Positions 47,928 through 58,440 of a stretch of DNA of 64,000 nucleotides are shown in pieces. The stretch spans positions 768,001 to 832,000 of the forward strand of contig CAVQYR010000001.1 of the NCBI GenBank assembly GCA_963718235.1, written 5' to 3'. The stretch comes from an uncultured Actinomycetota bacterium. GTDB lineage: Bacteria; Actinomycetota; Actinomycetes; JAHEKZ01. Both the position numbers and the translations under genes were made by a program. The notes under the pieces are model-generated. The model was given only the letters and a program-made list of their open reading frames with translations, was not told the DNA's origin and did no database searches. The first letter of the stretch is position 1, and every line of letters starts with the position of its first letter.

Positions 47928-48970
47928 CCGACGCCGACCTGCGCGCCGCCCCGAAGGTGCTGCTGCACGACCACCTCGACGGCGGACTGCGGCCACAGAC
48001 CCTGCTCGAGCTGGCCGACGCCGCCGGATACACCGGCCTGCCGGCTGACGAGCCGCAGGCGCTGGCCCAGTGGTTCCACGACGCTGCCGCCGCAGGCTCG
48101 CTGCCGCGCTACATCGCCACCTTCGAGCACACCCTCGCGGTGATGCAGACCCAGGAGGCGATCGCGCGAATCGCCGCCGAGGCGGTCGTCGACCTGGCTG
48201 CGGACCAGGTCGTCTATGCCGAGCTGCGCTTCGCTCCCTCACTGGCCACCCGCCGTGGGCTCGGTCTCGACGAGGTCGTCGACGCGATGGTGGCCGGCCA
48301 GCGGGCCGGTGAGGCGCTGGCGGCCGTCGACGGACGGTCGATCACCACGGGCGTGATCCTCTGCGGCATGCGTCAGGCCGACAGCGTCGTCGACGTCGCC
48401 AACGCAGCCATCAGGCACCACGGTGACGGCGTCGTCGGGTTCGACCTCGCTGGACCCGAGGAGGGGTTCCCGGCCTCGGCGCACGCCGATGCGTTGGGGC
48501 TGCTGCGCGCCGCCGGCGTGCCGCTGACCCTGCATGCAGGTGAGGCGGCGGGTCCGGCCTCGGTGGCCGATGCCCTCCAGCAGGGAGCGGTGCGCCTCGG
48601 TCACGGCGTGCGGGTCATCGAGGACCCGACCCTGACCGAGCGACTGGCCCAGCAGGGAGTCGTGCTCGAGGTGGCGCCGACCTCGAACCTGCAGACCGGG
48701 GTGGCGACCTCCTACGCGGACCACCCGTTCCCACGCCTGGTCGACGCGGGGGTACGGGTCACGGTCAACACCGACAACCGCCTGATGAGCGGCACCTCGG
48801 TCAGCCAGGAGATGCAGCACCTGCGGGACGCGTTCGGCTACACCACCGACGACTTCCACCGGTTCACTGTCGACGCGGTGCGCGGCGTGTTCACGAGCGA
48901 TGAGGAAAGGCGTCGCCTGTTGGCAGTGGTTTCCGAGGGGTATACAGCGATCGGGAGCGCGTTGCCGTAG
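47924..48970 (+). CDS. add: adenosine deaminase
   Basis: LHDHLDG, ELRFAP, HAGE, RLGHG, NTDN. Confidence 0.95.
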   Translation: MTDADLRAAPKVLLHDHLDGGLRPQTLLELADAAGYTGLPADEPQALAQWFHDAAAAGSLPRYIATFEHTLAVMQTQEAIARIAAEAVVDLAADQVVYAELRFAPSLATRRGLGLDEVVDAMVAGQRAGEALAAVDGRSITTGVILCGMRQADSVVDVANAAIRHHGDGVVGFDLAGPEEGFPASAHADALGLLRAAGVPLTLHAGEAAGPASVADALQQGAVRLGHGVRVIEDPTLTERLAQQGVVLEVAPTSNLQTGVATSYADHPFPRLVDAGVRVTVNTDNRLMSGTSVSQEMQHLRDAFGYTTDDFHRFTVDAVRGVFTSDEERRRLLAVVSEGYTAIGSALP

Positions 48971-49067
48971 GGGACACCCTCCGGATTCAGGGAACGGCAG
49001 ACGGCCGGGTTCCTCGGCCGTACCGTGGTCGGCAGCGCTGCCGAGTCGAGACGGACGGGGGACGGTC

Positions 49068-50711
49068 ATGCCCGATCTGGGATCGCCACTGGTCAAGGAG
49101 GTACGCCGACTCGCCTCGGCGTACGAGTCGTGGCCGGGGCCGTCGTCGGCCGCCCCGAGCGAGGTGCTCGCCTGGCAGGCGGCCCGGGTCGGGACGACCC
49201 AGGAGGAGCGCGTCCTCGACGAGCCGCGCGGGGTCGACCGACGCCGGTTCCTCCAGGGCGGGGTCGCGGTCGGCGCCGGACTGCTCGGTGCCGTTGCCGG
49301 AGTCGGCCAGGGATCGGCGCTCGCGGCGCCGAGCACTGACGCTCGGGTCGTGGTCGTGGGAGCGGGCCTGGCCGGGCTGACCTGCACCTACCGCCTGCGC
49401 CAGTCAGGCGTCGCTGCGGTGGCCTACGAGGCGCAGCGGCGGCTGGGTGGTCGGTGCTACTCGATCCGCGACTTCTTCGCCGCCCGGCAGACCGCCGAGC
49501 ACGGCGGGCAGTACATCGACTCCCGCCATCGGCAGTTCCGGTCGTTGGCGCGCGAGCTCGACGTCGACCTGGTCGACACCTTCGCCCAGTCCTTCCCCAG
49601 CGGCGACCTCGACCACCGCTGGATCGACGGCGCACTCAGGAGCAGCGACGAGGTCTACGCCCAGTTCGGCGCCTTCTACGCCCGCCTGAGGCGGGACTAC
49701 CGCAAGGCGGGGGACTACCACTGGGACCAGGCCGGTCCGTACGCCGTCCAGATCGACCGGATGACGATCACCGAGTACCTCGATGCCGCGGTCGACGGTG
49801 GCTCCGACTCGTTGCTGGGTCGCGCCATCGGTGCGGGCATGCAGAGCTTCTTCGGCCTCGAACCAGCCGCGATGTCGGCGATCAACCTTTTCGAGGGGTA
49901 CGTCGCCCCGTACCCGGGCGCCAACGAGCGCTACCGGGTCGCTGGTGGCAACGACCGAATGGTCCGAGCACTGGAGCGCGCCCTGCCGCGAGAGGCGATC
50001 AAGCGCGAGCGGATGCTCGAGGCCATCTGGCACACCTACGACGGGCGCATCCGGATGCACTTCGGCGGTGACTCGGGGGACGTGGTCGCCGACCGGGTGG
50101 TGCTGGCGCTTCCGTTCACCACGCTGCGCAATGTGGACACCTCGGGGCTCACGTTGTCACCGAGGCGTCGACGGGCGATCCGTCAGCTGGCGATGGGCAG
50201 CAACGCCAAGCTGAACATCCAGCTGAACCGCTCGCTGGCCGCGCTCGACTGGACGGGTGGGTTCTTCAGCGACGAGCCGCACTACGTGACCTGGGACAGC
50301 ACGTACGGCCAGTCGCACCCCGCGCCCCACCATCCGGTGATGACCGTCTACAACGGCGGCGACGAGGGTGCTGGCTACCCGACCGATGTAGCTCATGGGC
50401 CTGCTCCCGAGGCGGTGGTGGCCACGGCGCTCGGCAACCTGGCTCGTGGCGTGAAAGGGATCCGCCGGGCCTACGGGGGCAAGGCCTACCTCGACTCCTG
50501 GGTCGACGACCCGTACGTCGGTGGTTCGTACGCCGGCTTCGGTCCGGGCCAGTACACCGACTACTGGGGGTTCCTGCGGCGGCCCGAGGGCAATGTCGTG
50601 TTCGGTGGCGAGCACACCTCGACCCACAGCCAGGGGTACCTCAACGGCGGTGTGGAGAGCGGGGAGCACGCGGCCGCCGTGACGAAGCGGGGCCTGGGGC
50701 TGCGCGGCTGA
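49068..50711 (+). CDS. flavin monoamine oxidase family protein with twin-arginine motif
   Basis: DRRRFLQGG followed by a hydrophobic stretch and ALA; GAGLAG, RLGGR, GEHTS..QGYLNGGVESG. Confidence 0.9.
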   Translation: MPDLGSPLVKEVRRLASAYESWPGPSSAAPSEVLAWQAARVGTTQEERVLDEPRGVDRRRFLQGGVAVGAGLLGAVAGVGQGSALAAPSTDARVVVVGAGLAGLTCTYRLRQSGVAAVAYEAQRRLGGRCYSIRDFFAARQTAEHGGQYIDSRHRQFRSLARELDVDLVDTFAQSFPSGDLDHRWIDGALRSSDEVYAQFGAFYARLRRDYRKAGDYHWDQAGPYAVQIDRMTITEYLDAAVDGGSDSLLGRAIGAGMQSFFGLEPAAMSAINLFEGYVAPYPGANERYRVAGGNDRMVRALERALPREAIKRERMLEAIWHTYDGRIRMHFGGDSGDVVADRVVLALPFTTLRNVDTSGLTLSPRRRRAIRQLAMGSNAKLNIQLNRSLAALDWTGGFFSDEPHYVTWDSTYGQSHPAPHHPVMTVYNGGDEGAGYPTDVAHGPAPEAVVATALGNLARGVKGIRRAYGGKAYLDSWVDDPYVGGSYAGFGPGQYTDYWGFLRRPEGNVVFGGEHTSTHSQGYLNGGVESGEHAAAVTKRGLGLRG

Positions 50712-50777
50712 CCAGCGGCCGGACGACGGCAGGCACCGGTTCGGGACACAATCGCGGGGTGACCAGCCCTGAGGAAC

Positions 50778-51242
50778 GTGGGACCGCAGGTCTTCCTGCG
50801 CGAGCCGGGCGACGGCGAGCGCGGCCCGGACACTCCCTCGGAGTGGGACGACTGGGGGCCGCTGCCCGACCCGATCCTGGCGCCAGACGTCGGGCGCCTG
50901 CTCGTCGTCCACGACGACGAGGTGGTCGGCGACCTGTCGTGGCACGAGGTGCACTACGGCCCCAACCTCGGCTCCCGGGCGTGGAACATCGGGATCGCCC
51001 TGGCGCCGGAACACCGCGGACGCGGGATCGGGGCAGCGGCGCAGCGCGCACTGGCCGACCGGCTCTTCGCCACCACGGACGTCGACCGGGTCGAGGCCTC
51101 CACCGACGTCGCCAACGTGGCCGAGCAACGGTCGCTGACCAAGGCCGGGTTCGTGCGCGAGGGCGTGCTGCGCTCGGCACAGCTGCGGGCCGACGGGCGC
51201 CACGACCTGGTCGTGTTCAGCCGGCTGAGGGACGACCCGTGA
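50778..51242 (+). CDS. GNAT (RimJ/RimL-like) acetyltransferase (start uncertain)
   Basis: HRGRGIG, N.AEQRSL.KAGF..EGVLR. Confidence 0.9.
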   Translation: MGPQVFLREPGDGERGPDTPSEWDDWGPLPDPILAPDVGRLLVVHDDEVVGDLSWHEVHYGPNLGSRAWNIGIALAPEHRGRGIGAAAQRALADRLFATTDVDRVEASTDVANVAEQRSLTKAGFVREGVLRSAQLRADGRHDLVVFSRLRDDP

Positions 51243-51299
51243 GGGCGCGCTGGACGATGCTCGGGTCGATGGTCGTCACTGCACTCGTCCCGCTCGCGC

Positions 51300-52949
51300 T
51301 CAGCCCCTGACCAGGACCTCGACCTCCGCGCGCAGCCGAGCCATGGCTGCGCCGGCCGTGCCGCGGGCGGCGTCGAGGGACTCCGCGGCCATTGGCACCA
51401 CGACCTCGAGGTAGGCCTTCAGCTTGGGCTCGGTGCCCGACGGGCGGACGACGACCCGCGCGCTGCCGCCGACCGTGGGTCCGGCGAGTCGCAGGCGAAC
51501 GCCCTGTGTCGGGGGGAGGCCGCCGGGACCGAGGGACAGGTCGTCCACCGCCGTGACCGCCAGGCCCCCGAGGGACCGAGGCGGGGAGCCGATGATCGCC
51601 GCGACCCGGGCACTCAGTCCGGCCGCGTCGTCGCTGCGGACCGAGACCTGCGCGGTCAGGTGCACTCCGTAACGGCGGTCGAGGTCGTCGAGGGCGTCCA
51701 GCAGGGTGCGTCCCTCGGACTTCAGCCGGGCGGCCAGCTCGGCCACCCGCAGTCCGGCGGTGATGCCGTCCTTGTCGGCCACTGCGGTCGGGTCGACGCA
51801 GTAGCCGATCGCCTCCTCGTAGCCGAAGGCGAGGCCGGGGACCCGGCCGATCCACTTGAACCCGGTCAGGGTCTCGGCGTAGGTGAGCCCGTGCGCGGCA
51901 GCGATCCGGGCCAGCCTGGTCGACGAGACGATCGTCGTCGCGTAGGTGCCGGTCGCCCCTCGGGCCGCCAGGAACTCCCCGAGCAGCCCCCCGACCTCGT
52001 CGCCGGTGAGTGGTCGCCAGCCGTCGCCGTCGGGAACGGCGACGGCGCAACGGTCGGCGTCGGGGTCGTTGGCGAGCACCAGGTCCGCACCCACCGCCCG
52101 GGCCCGCCTCAGCGCAAGGTCGAGCGCCCCCGGCTCCTCGGGGTTGGGGAACGGCACGGTGGGGAACGTCGGGTCCGGTGCCTGCTGCTCGCGCACCGGC
52201 ATCGGCGCGGAGAACCCGCTGGCGGTCAGCGCCTGCGCCATGAGTGCTCCGCCGACGCCGTGCAGGGCGGTGGTGACCAGCACGAGGTCGCGCGGGGCGT
52301 CGGTCGGGACGAGTGACGCCGCCCGGGCGAGGTATGTCGCGGCGATGTCGTCCAGGGTCGTCCACAGCTGGCCACGGGGGACGGCGTCGAGGCGGCCTAC
52401 GGCGTCGATCCTGGCCGCGATCTCGTCGTCGACGGGAGGCACGATCTGGCTGCCGTCGCCGAGGTACACCTTGTAGCCGTTGTCGGCCGCCGGGTTGTGC
52501 GACGCGGTCACCATCACCCCGGCGGCGGCCCCCGTCTCGCGGATCGCGAACGCCAGCACCGGCGTCGGCAGGGGGTGGGGCAGGACCATCGCCGCCAGGC
52601 CGGCCCCGCTCATGATCGACGCGGTGTCGCGAGCGAAGACGTCGGAGTTCGTGCGGGCGTCGTAGCCGATGACGACCGACCGTCCGCCGTGGCCGACCAG
52701 CCAGGCCGCCAGGCCGGCTGCTGCCCGCCCGACGGTGACCCGGTTCATCCGCATCGGGCCGGCACCCATGGCGCCGCGCAGCCCGGCCGTGCCGAACTGC
52801 AGCCGCCCCGAGAACCGCGCGCCGAGCTCGTCGTCGGCCCCGTGGTCCCCTTCCTCGGCAGCCCGGACCAGCGCCGCGAGCTCGCCGCGGGTCGCCGGGT
52901 CGGGGTCGTCGGTGAGCCACCGCCTCGCCCGCTGCACCGCGTCGGTCAC
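51300..52949 (-). CDS. phosphomannomutase/phosphoglucomutase
   Basis: FGTAGLRG, TASHNP, DPDADR, GYEE, RPSGTEPK. Confidence 0.95.
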   Translation of the reverse strand: MTDAVQRARRWLTDDPDPATRGELAALVRAAEEGDHGADDELGARFSGRLQFGTAGLRGAMGAGPMRMNRVTVGRAAAGLAAWLVGHGGRSVVIGYDARTNSDVFARDTASIMSGAGLAAMVLPHPLPTPVLAFAIRETGAAAGVMVTASHNPAADNGYKVYLGDGSQIVPPVDDEIAARIDAVGRLDAVPRGQLWTTLDDIAATYLARAASLVPTDAPRDLVLVTTALHGVGGALMAQALTASGFSAPMPVREQQAPDPTFPTVPFPNPEEPGALDLALRRARAVGADLVLANDPDADRCAVAVPDGDGWRPLTGDEVGGLLGEFLAARGATGTYATTIVSSTRLARIAAAHGLTYAETLTGFKWIGRVPGLAFGYEEAIGYCVDPTAVADKDGITAGLRVAELAARLKSEGRTLLDALDDLDRRYGVHLTAQVSVRSDDAAGLSARVAAIIGSPPRSLGGLAVTAVDDLSLGPGGLPPTQGVRLRLAGPTVGGSARVVVRPSGTEPKLKAYLEVVVPMAAESLDAARGTAGAAMARLRAEVEVLVRG

Positions 52950-52976
52950 GGGCCAAACGCTAGCCGCCGGGCAGGT

Positions 52977-53408
52977 TCAGGCCGGAGGGGTGCCGACCAT
53001 GCCGGACTTGAACGGGTCGCGCAGTGGCGGGTCGCTCAGCTCGGCGCGGGGGCAGGTGGCCAGGGTGAGCCCGGCCCAGGTCAGGGCATCGTCGGTCAGG
53101 GTCTCCACGATCCAGCCGGAGTCCAGCCCGTACGGCGTGACCGTGACCTTGTAGATGGTGATCTGGTGGCGGTTCGGGGCGTCGTACATGACGGCGATCG
53201 ACCCGAGCAGGCGGGCGTTGCCCCGCGTCCCACCGGTCCCGTCCCAGGGAACGTCGTAGCGCTGCCACAGCGAGGACGTGGCGTTCCACACCCCCGACTC
53301 GGACACGTCGAGCCGTTTGAGCTCGCTCAGCACGCGTCCGGCCGCCCGCTCGTCGAGGACCGCAGCGGGACGGATGATTCGGACGTCGTCGCGCATCGCC
53401 GTTGCCAT
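52977..53408 (-). CDS. hypothetical protein
   Basis: GAGGAGG RBS, GC3-rich codons, globular-looking composition. No motif recognised. Confidence 0.75.
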   Translation of the reverse strand: MATAMRDDVRIIRPAAVLDERAAGRVLSELKRLDVSESGVWNATSSLWQRYDVPWDGTGGTRGNARLLGSIAVMYDAPNRHQITIYKVTVTPYGLDSGWIVETLTDDALTWAGLTLATCPRAELSDPPLRDPFKSGMVGTPPA

Positions 53409-53481
53409 GCCTCCTCATCGGGGGTTGAGCGCGCCGGGTTGAGCCGAAAGGGCTACTCGTTCCCCCGTTCAGGCCAAACAC

Positions 53482-53930
53482 TTAGTCCAGGGTCGACCGA
53501 CAGGGGCGGGCCCGTAGCGCCGAGACGTAGTCGTCGGGGGCTCCGGCGGCCTCAGCAGCGTCGGCGGTGATGCCCAGGTAGCGAGCCGAGGGGAGTCCCC
53601 TTCGTACGCGTCGAGCACGTACAGCCAGGCCAGCGGGTCGCCGTCCAGGGTGTCGATGCGCACTCGGATCTTGCGGTACACGCCGAGGGCTCCCTCCCAG
53701 GAGTCCAGGGCGCTCTCGTCGGCGTCGGTGAGGTCGTAGAGGACGACGAAGACGCTGGACCCGGGGTCCTCCACGACGGTGGCCAGCGACCCCTCCCAGC
53801 CAAGGTCCTCACCGCCGAAGGTGAGCCGCCAGCCGGTCAGCCAGCCGGTGCCGGTCATGGGGGAGTGCGGAGCGCGCTGCTGCATCTGCCGCGGGTCCAT
53901 GTTGCTGCCGTACGCGGCATAGCGGGCCAT
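53482..53930 (-). pseudogene. gamma-glutamylcyclotransferase family protein with one frameshift (probably a sequencing error)
   Basis: YAAYGSNM, LD.WEG. One extra G in the run at 53597-53600 gives YEGGLPSARYLG..AGAPDDYV..LRARPC ending at TAA 53482. Confidence 0.82.
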
Positions 53931-53964
53931 GACCGCTCAGCCTAGGGGCTCAGCCTGGCAGGTC

Positions 53965-54198
53965 TCACAGCCACCAGATGACCGCGCAGCCGATCGTGAT
54001 CAGCACAGCCACGACCGCGGCGACGACCATCACGACGCGCCCGGCCGGGTTGCCCGACCTCAGCACGCGGTAGCCGAGCAGGCCGGCCACCACCGACGGC
54101 GCCACCCACAACAGGTAGCTCGGGACGGTCACCAGGACCATCAGGCTCCCGGTGGACGACCGCGGCTGCTGGGTCGTGGTCTGCAGGGTGTCAGTCAT
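53965..54198 (-). CDS. small membrane protein (77 aa)
   Basis: GAGGGAG RBS before MTDTLQ; 2-3 hydrophobic helices. Confidence 0.55.
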   Translation of the reverse strand: MTDTLQTTTQQPRSSTGSLMVLVTVPSYLLWVAPSVVAGLLGYRVLRSGNPAGRVVMVVAAVVAVLITIGCAVIWWL

Positions 54199-54300
54199 CT
54201 CCCTCACCCACTTCCTCTGACCGCTCCGTTCTCCGCTCGGGTTCCGGCTGCCCCCAGAGGCTTTGTGCTCCGGCCGGGAGGGCTGCGGAAGAATGGTCGG

Positions 54301-55950
54301 GTGACACGCATCGGGATCATCGGCGGCGGCCCTGGCGGATACGAGGCCGCGTTGGCCGCGGCGCAGCTCGGCGCAGAGGTGGTCCTCATCGACCGCGACG
54401 GTCTGGGCGGGTCGGCGGTGCTCACCGACTGTGTTCCGAGCAAGGCGCTGATCGCCGTCTCCGACGTGATGGACGAGGTCGAGGACTCCCGCTCGCTCGG
54501 TGTGGTGTTCGACTCGAGGGTCAGTGTCGACCTGGCCCGGCTCAACGCCCGGGTGCAGGCGCTCGCCGTCGCCCAGTCCGAGGACGTCGAGCGCCACCTG
54601 GCCGCCGACGGGGTGACCGTCGTGCACGGCACCGGACGCCTCGACGGGCCGCACCGGGTCCTGGCCGTCACCGACGGCGGCGAGCAGGGTTTCGACGTGG
54701 ACGCCGTGCTGGTCGCCACCGGTGCGCACCCGAGGGTGCTCGACGACGCCCCCCCGGACGGCGAGCGGATCCTGACCTGGACCCAGCTGTACCACCTGGC
54801 GGCCCTGCCGAAGCGACTGGTCGTGGTCGGGTCCGGCGTCACCGGCGCCGAGTTCGCCAACGCCTACGAGTCCCTCGGCAGTGACGTCGTCCTGGTGTCC
54901 TCGCGTGACCGGGTGCTGCCGGGCGAGGATGCCGATGCCGCGGAGGTGATCGAGGGCGTCTTCCGCCGCAGAGGCATGACGGTGCTCGCCCGCTCCCGGG
55001 CCGCGGCGGCCCGGCGCACCGACGACGGCGTCGTCGTCACCCTCACCGACGGACGCACGGTCGAGGGGTCGCACGCGCTGATGGCGGTCGGCTCGGTGCC
55101 CAACGTCGAGGGGCTGGGGCTGGACACCGCTGGGGTGCAGCTCGACGACCACGGGTGCATCCGGGTCGACCGGGTCTCCCGGACGACGGCACCGGGTGTG
55201 TACGCCGCCGGCGACGTGACCGGTGTGCTGATGCTCGCCTCGGTGGCGGCGATGCAGGGCCGGATCGCGATGCGCCACGCCCTCGGAGACGCGGTCTCCC
55301 CGCTGGACCTCGGGGTGGTCTCCAGCACGGTGTTCACCGACCCGGAGATCGCGACCGTCGGCTGGACCCAGCGGATGGTCGACGAGGGCTCGGTCCAGGC
55401 GGTGAGCGTGAAGCTGCCGCTGGCTCGCAACCCTCGGGCCAAGATGCAGGCGATCACCGACGGCTTCGTCAAGGTCTTCTGCCGGCCGGGCACCGGGACG
55501 GTCATGGGCGGGGTGGTCGTCGCCCCTCGGGCGAGCGAGCTGATCCATCCGCTGTCGCTGGCGGTGCGCCAGGGGCTGACCGCCGACCAGGTGGCCGACG
55601 CGTTCACCGTCTACCCGTCACTGTCCGGCTCGGTGGCCGAGGCGGCCCGCGAGCTTCGACCGCCCGCGACGGTTGACGCTCCAGCTGACCGCCGAGCTGA
55701 CCGCTACAGCGCCGGCAGGAACGCACCGTCCTGGGCGAGTCCGAGGGCGAGCTCGATGCCGCGGGCCAGGCGCAGCAGGCCCGCCTCGCTGCCGGCCGAC
55801 CCGACCAGGGCCAGGCCGACGGGCAGCCCGTGCACCAGGCCGATCGGCACGCTGAGCACCGGGTACCCGGCGACGGCCGGCGCCGCGGTGACTCGTCCGC
55901 CCGTCATGTGGTCGCCGTTCACGAGGTCGCTGAACCAGGCCGGGCCGTAG
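54301..55950 (+). CDS. lpdA: NAD(P)H-quinone dehydrogenase LpdA (true end probably ~55700)
   Basis: GGGPGG, AVLTDCVPSK (lacks first redox Cys), GSGVTGAEF, VYPSLSG. ORF as given runs 247 bp into the convergent amidase. Confidence 0.9.
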   Translation: MTRIGIIGGGPGGYEAALAAAQLGAEVVLIDRDGLGGSAVLTDCVPSKALIAVSDVMDEVEDSRSLGVVFDSRVSVDLARLNARVQALAVAQSEDVERHLAADGVTVVHGTGRLDGPHRVLAVTDGGEQGFDVDAVLVATGAHPRVLDDAPPDGERILTWTQLYHLAALPKRLVVVGSGVTGAEFANAYESLGSDVVLVSSRDRVLPGEDADAAEVIEGVFRRRGMTVLARSRAAAARRTDDGVVVTLTDGRTVEGSHALMAVGSVPNVEGLGLDTAGVQLDDHGCIRVDRVSRTTAPGVYAAGDVTGVLMLASVAAMQGRIAMRHALGDAVSPLDLGVVSSTVFTDPEIATVGWTQRMVDEGSVQAVSVKLPLARNPRAKMQAITDGFVKVFCRPGTGTVMGGVVVAPRASELIHPLSLAVRQGLTADQVADAFTVYPSLSGSVAEAARELRPPATVDAPADRRADRYSAGRNAPSWASPRASSMPRARRSRPASLPADPTRARPTGSPCTRPIGTLSTGYPATAGAAVTRPPVMWSPFTRSLNQAGP

Positions 55951-57128
55951 GCGGGCGCCACGATCGCGTCGAGACCGTGCTCACCGATCACCGCGTCGAG
56001 GCCGTCGTCGCGGGTTGCGCGCAGCCCCCGTGCCCTGGCGGTCAGGTAGACCTCGTCGTCGAGGCCGCCGGTGGCCAGGGCCTGCTCGAAGAACTCCTGG
56101 CCGAACCAGGCCAGCTCGGTGCCCGCATGCGCGCGGTTGAACGCGACGAGGTCGTCGAGGGTGCGTGGGGCGCCGTCGGGTCGGGTCGACAGGTACGCGG
56201 CCAGGTCGTGCTTGAGCTCGTGCAGCAGCACGGTGAGCTCGTCGGCACCGGCGTCGTAGCTCGGCAGCGCGGGGACGTCGGCCGGGTCGACGAGCGTGGC
56301 GCCGTGACCGGCGATCACCTCCAGGGCGTGCTCTGCGAGGCCGTCGGTCGCCGGGTGGTCGCCGAACATGGCGCGGGAGACCCCGACCCGCAGCCCGCCC
56401 AGTGCGTCACCGGCCGACTCGGCGTGGGCTGCGTCGGCATACCTGGGGCCGCTGCCGGCGAGGACGTCGAGCAGGACCGCGACCTCGCGGACGGTGCGGG
56501 CCATCGGGCCGGGGGTGTCCTGGCTGTGCGAGATGGGCACGATGCCCTGCGCAGGAAGCAGCCCGACCGTCGGCTTCAGGCCGACGACCCCGTTGAGCGA
56601 GGCCGGGCACACGATGGAGCCATCGGTCTCGGTGCCCAGCGCCAGCGGCGCGAGACCGGCCGCGACGGCGGCGCCGGAGCCGGACGACGAGCCGCCGGCG
56701 CTGCGGGCGAGGTCCCACGGGTTGCGGGTGAGGCCACCGACCGCGCTCCAGCCGCTCGTCGAGTGCGGGCTGCGCAGGTTGGCCCACTCGCTCAGGTTGG
56801 CCTTGCCCAGGACGACCGCCCCTGCTTCGCGCAGCCGGTTCACGACCGGCGCGTCGGCGGTGGGCCGGTGCCCGACCAGGGCTAAGGACCCGGCAGTGGT
56901 GTCCTGGTCGACGGTGTCGATGTTGTCCTTCACGAGCACCGGGACGCCGTGCAGCGGGCCACGTACGTTGCCGTCTCGTTGCTCGGCGTCGCGCCGGATC
57001 GCCGTGGCCATCGCTTCGGGGTTGACCGCCAGCACCGCGTTGAGCTGCGGCCCGGCGGCATCGATCTCGCCGATCCGGTTGAGCAGGTGGTCGACCAGCT
57101 CGGCGCTGGACAGGTGGGGCGTGGTCAT
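55704..57128 (-). CDS. amidase signature family amidase
   Basis: [29 protein letters not shown]. Confidence 0.94.
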   Translation of the reverse strand: MTTPHLSSAELVDHLLNRIGEIDAAGPQLNAVLAVNPEAMATAIRRDAEQRDGNVRGPLHGVPVLVKDNIDTVDQDTTAGSLALVGHRPTADAPVVNRLREAGAVVLGKANLSEWANLRSPHSTSGWSAVGGLTRNPWDLARSAGGSSSGSGAAVAAGLAPLALGTETDGSIVCPASLNGVVGLKPTVGLLPAQGIVPISHSQDTPGPMARTVREVAVLLDVLAGSGPRYADAAHAESAGDALGGLRVGVSRAMFGDHPATDGLAEHALEVIAGHGATLVDPADVPALPSYDAGADELTVLLHELKHDLAAYLSTRPDGAPRTLDDLVAFNRAHAGTELAWFGQEFFEQALATGGLDDEVYLTARARGLRATRDDGLDAVIGEHGLDAIVAPAYGPAWFSDLVNGDHMTGGRVTAAPAVAGYPVLSVPIGLVHGLPVGLALVGSAGSEAGLLRLARGIELALGLAQDGAFLPAL

Positions 57129-57158
57129 GGCCCCACCCTGGCACGAGAGGATGAGGTC

Positions 57159-58388
57159 ATGCGCGTCGTGGTGGTGGGAGCCGGCTTCGCCGGGTTGATG
57201 GCAGCGACCGACCTGCACGTGGCCGGGCACGACGTAGTGGTGCTCGAGGCTCGTGACCGGGTCGGCGGGCGGGTCTGGTCGCAGGAGCTCGTGCCCGGTG
57301 ATCCGCGCACGGTCGTCGAGCGCGGCGCAGAGTTCGTGCTCGACGGGTACGACGTCATGCGCGAGGTCCTGGGCGACCTCGGCCTTGGGCTCGCCGACAT
57401 GGGCATGTCGTACTACGAGCGGGAGCCCGTCGGCGGCTCACCGACGTCGCATGCGGCCATGGCCGACGTCGCGCGCCGCTTCTCGGCGGCGTCGGCTCTC
57501 GCCGCGCCTGGTACGTCGATCGCTGACGTCGTCGCCACGCTCGGCGCCGACCCGGCAGCGGCCGAGGCGTTCCTCTCCCGGATCTCGGTCACCAGCGGCG
57601 TCGACGCGCGCAACCTGTCCGCGGTCGGCGGCGAGGATGCCACGAGTGCCTTCGAGCGCAAGCCGTCGTGGCGGGTGGCCGGTGGCAACCAGCAGCTTGC
57701 GGTTGGTCTGGCCCGCAGGCTCGGCGACGCCGTGCACTTTGGCCGGCCGGTCCGCGCGATCCGCCATGACGACGCGTCGGTGACCGTGCGCACCGACCGC
57801 GACGAGGTCACTGGCGACGCCGTCATCGTCTGCGTGCCGATGGCGGTGCTGCGCGCAATGGACATCGCCCCGGTGCCCACCCCGGTTCGCGCTGCATGGG
57901 AGCGCGCCGGACTCGGGCACAACGCCAAGCTGCACGTGCCCGTGACCTCTCCAGTCCCCCCGCCGGCCGGTGCAGTGCAGAGCGTGCCCGAGCGGTTCTG
58001 GACCTGGACGGCCACCGATGCGACAGGGGAGGTCCAGCCCGTGCTGCACTCCTTCGGTGGCACGCAGGCGGGGCTGGAGACACTGGGGGTCGACGGGGGA
58101 CCGCAGGTGTGGGTCGAGCGGATGGCCGCGCTGCGCCCCGACCTCACCCTCGACGTCGAGCACGCGCTGCTCACCACCTGGAACGACGACCCGTGGGCGG
58201 GGGAGTCCTACTCGGCGACGACCCTCGACGTGGCCCCGGGGGACGACACCCTGGTCGCTGCGCCCTTCGGGAGGGTGCACGTCGCCGGAGAGCACACCGC
58301 CGGGGACTGGGCCGGGCTGATGGAGGGCGCCCTACGTTCCGGTCGCCGGGCCGCCGCCGCCGTCCACTCGGCCGTCGGCCCACGTTGA
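57159..58388 (+). CDS. flavin monoamine oxidase family protein
   Basis: [33 protein letters not shown]. Confidence 0.92.
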   Translation: MRVVVVGAGFAGLMAATDLHVAGHDVVVLEARDRVGGRVWSQELVPGDPRTVVERGAEFVLDGYDVMREVLGDLGLGLADMGMSYYEREPVGGSPTSHAAMADVARRFSAASALAAPGTSIADVVATLGADPAAAEAFLSRISVTSGVDARNLSAVGGEDATSAFERKPSWRVAGGNQQLAVGLARRLGDAVHFGRPVRAIRHDDASVTVRTDRDEVTGDAVIVCVPMAVLRAMDIAPVPTPVRAAWERAGLGHNAKLHVPVTSPVPPPAGAVQSVPERFWTWTATDATGEVQPVLHSFGGTQAGLETLGVDGGPQVWVERMAALRPDLTLDVEHALLTTWNDDPWAGESYSATTLDVAPGDDTLVAAPFGRVHVAGEHTAGDWAGLMEGALRSGRRAAAAVHSAVGPR

Positions 58389-58440
58389 CCTGGCAGAAGA
58401 TGAGGGCTGAACAGGTCGAGGGTGCACATGATGTGCAGGG

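Noticed and set aside
54301-54450. Missing redox Cys in the lipoamide-dehydrogenase-like protein as a novelty
   Set aside because: This is the known signature of actinobacterial LpdA.
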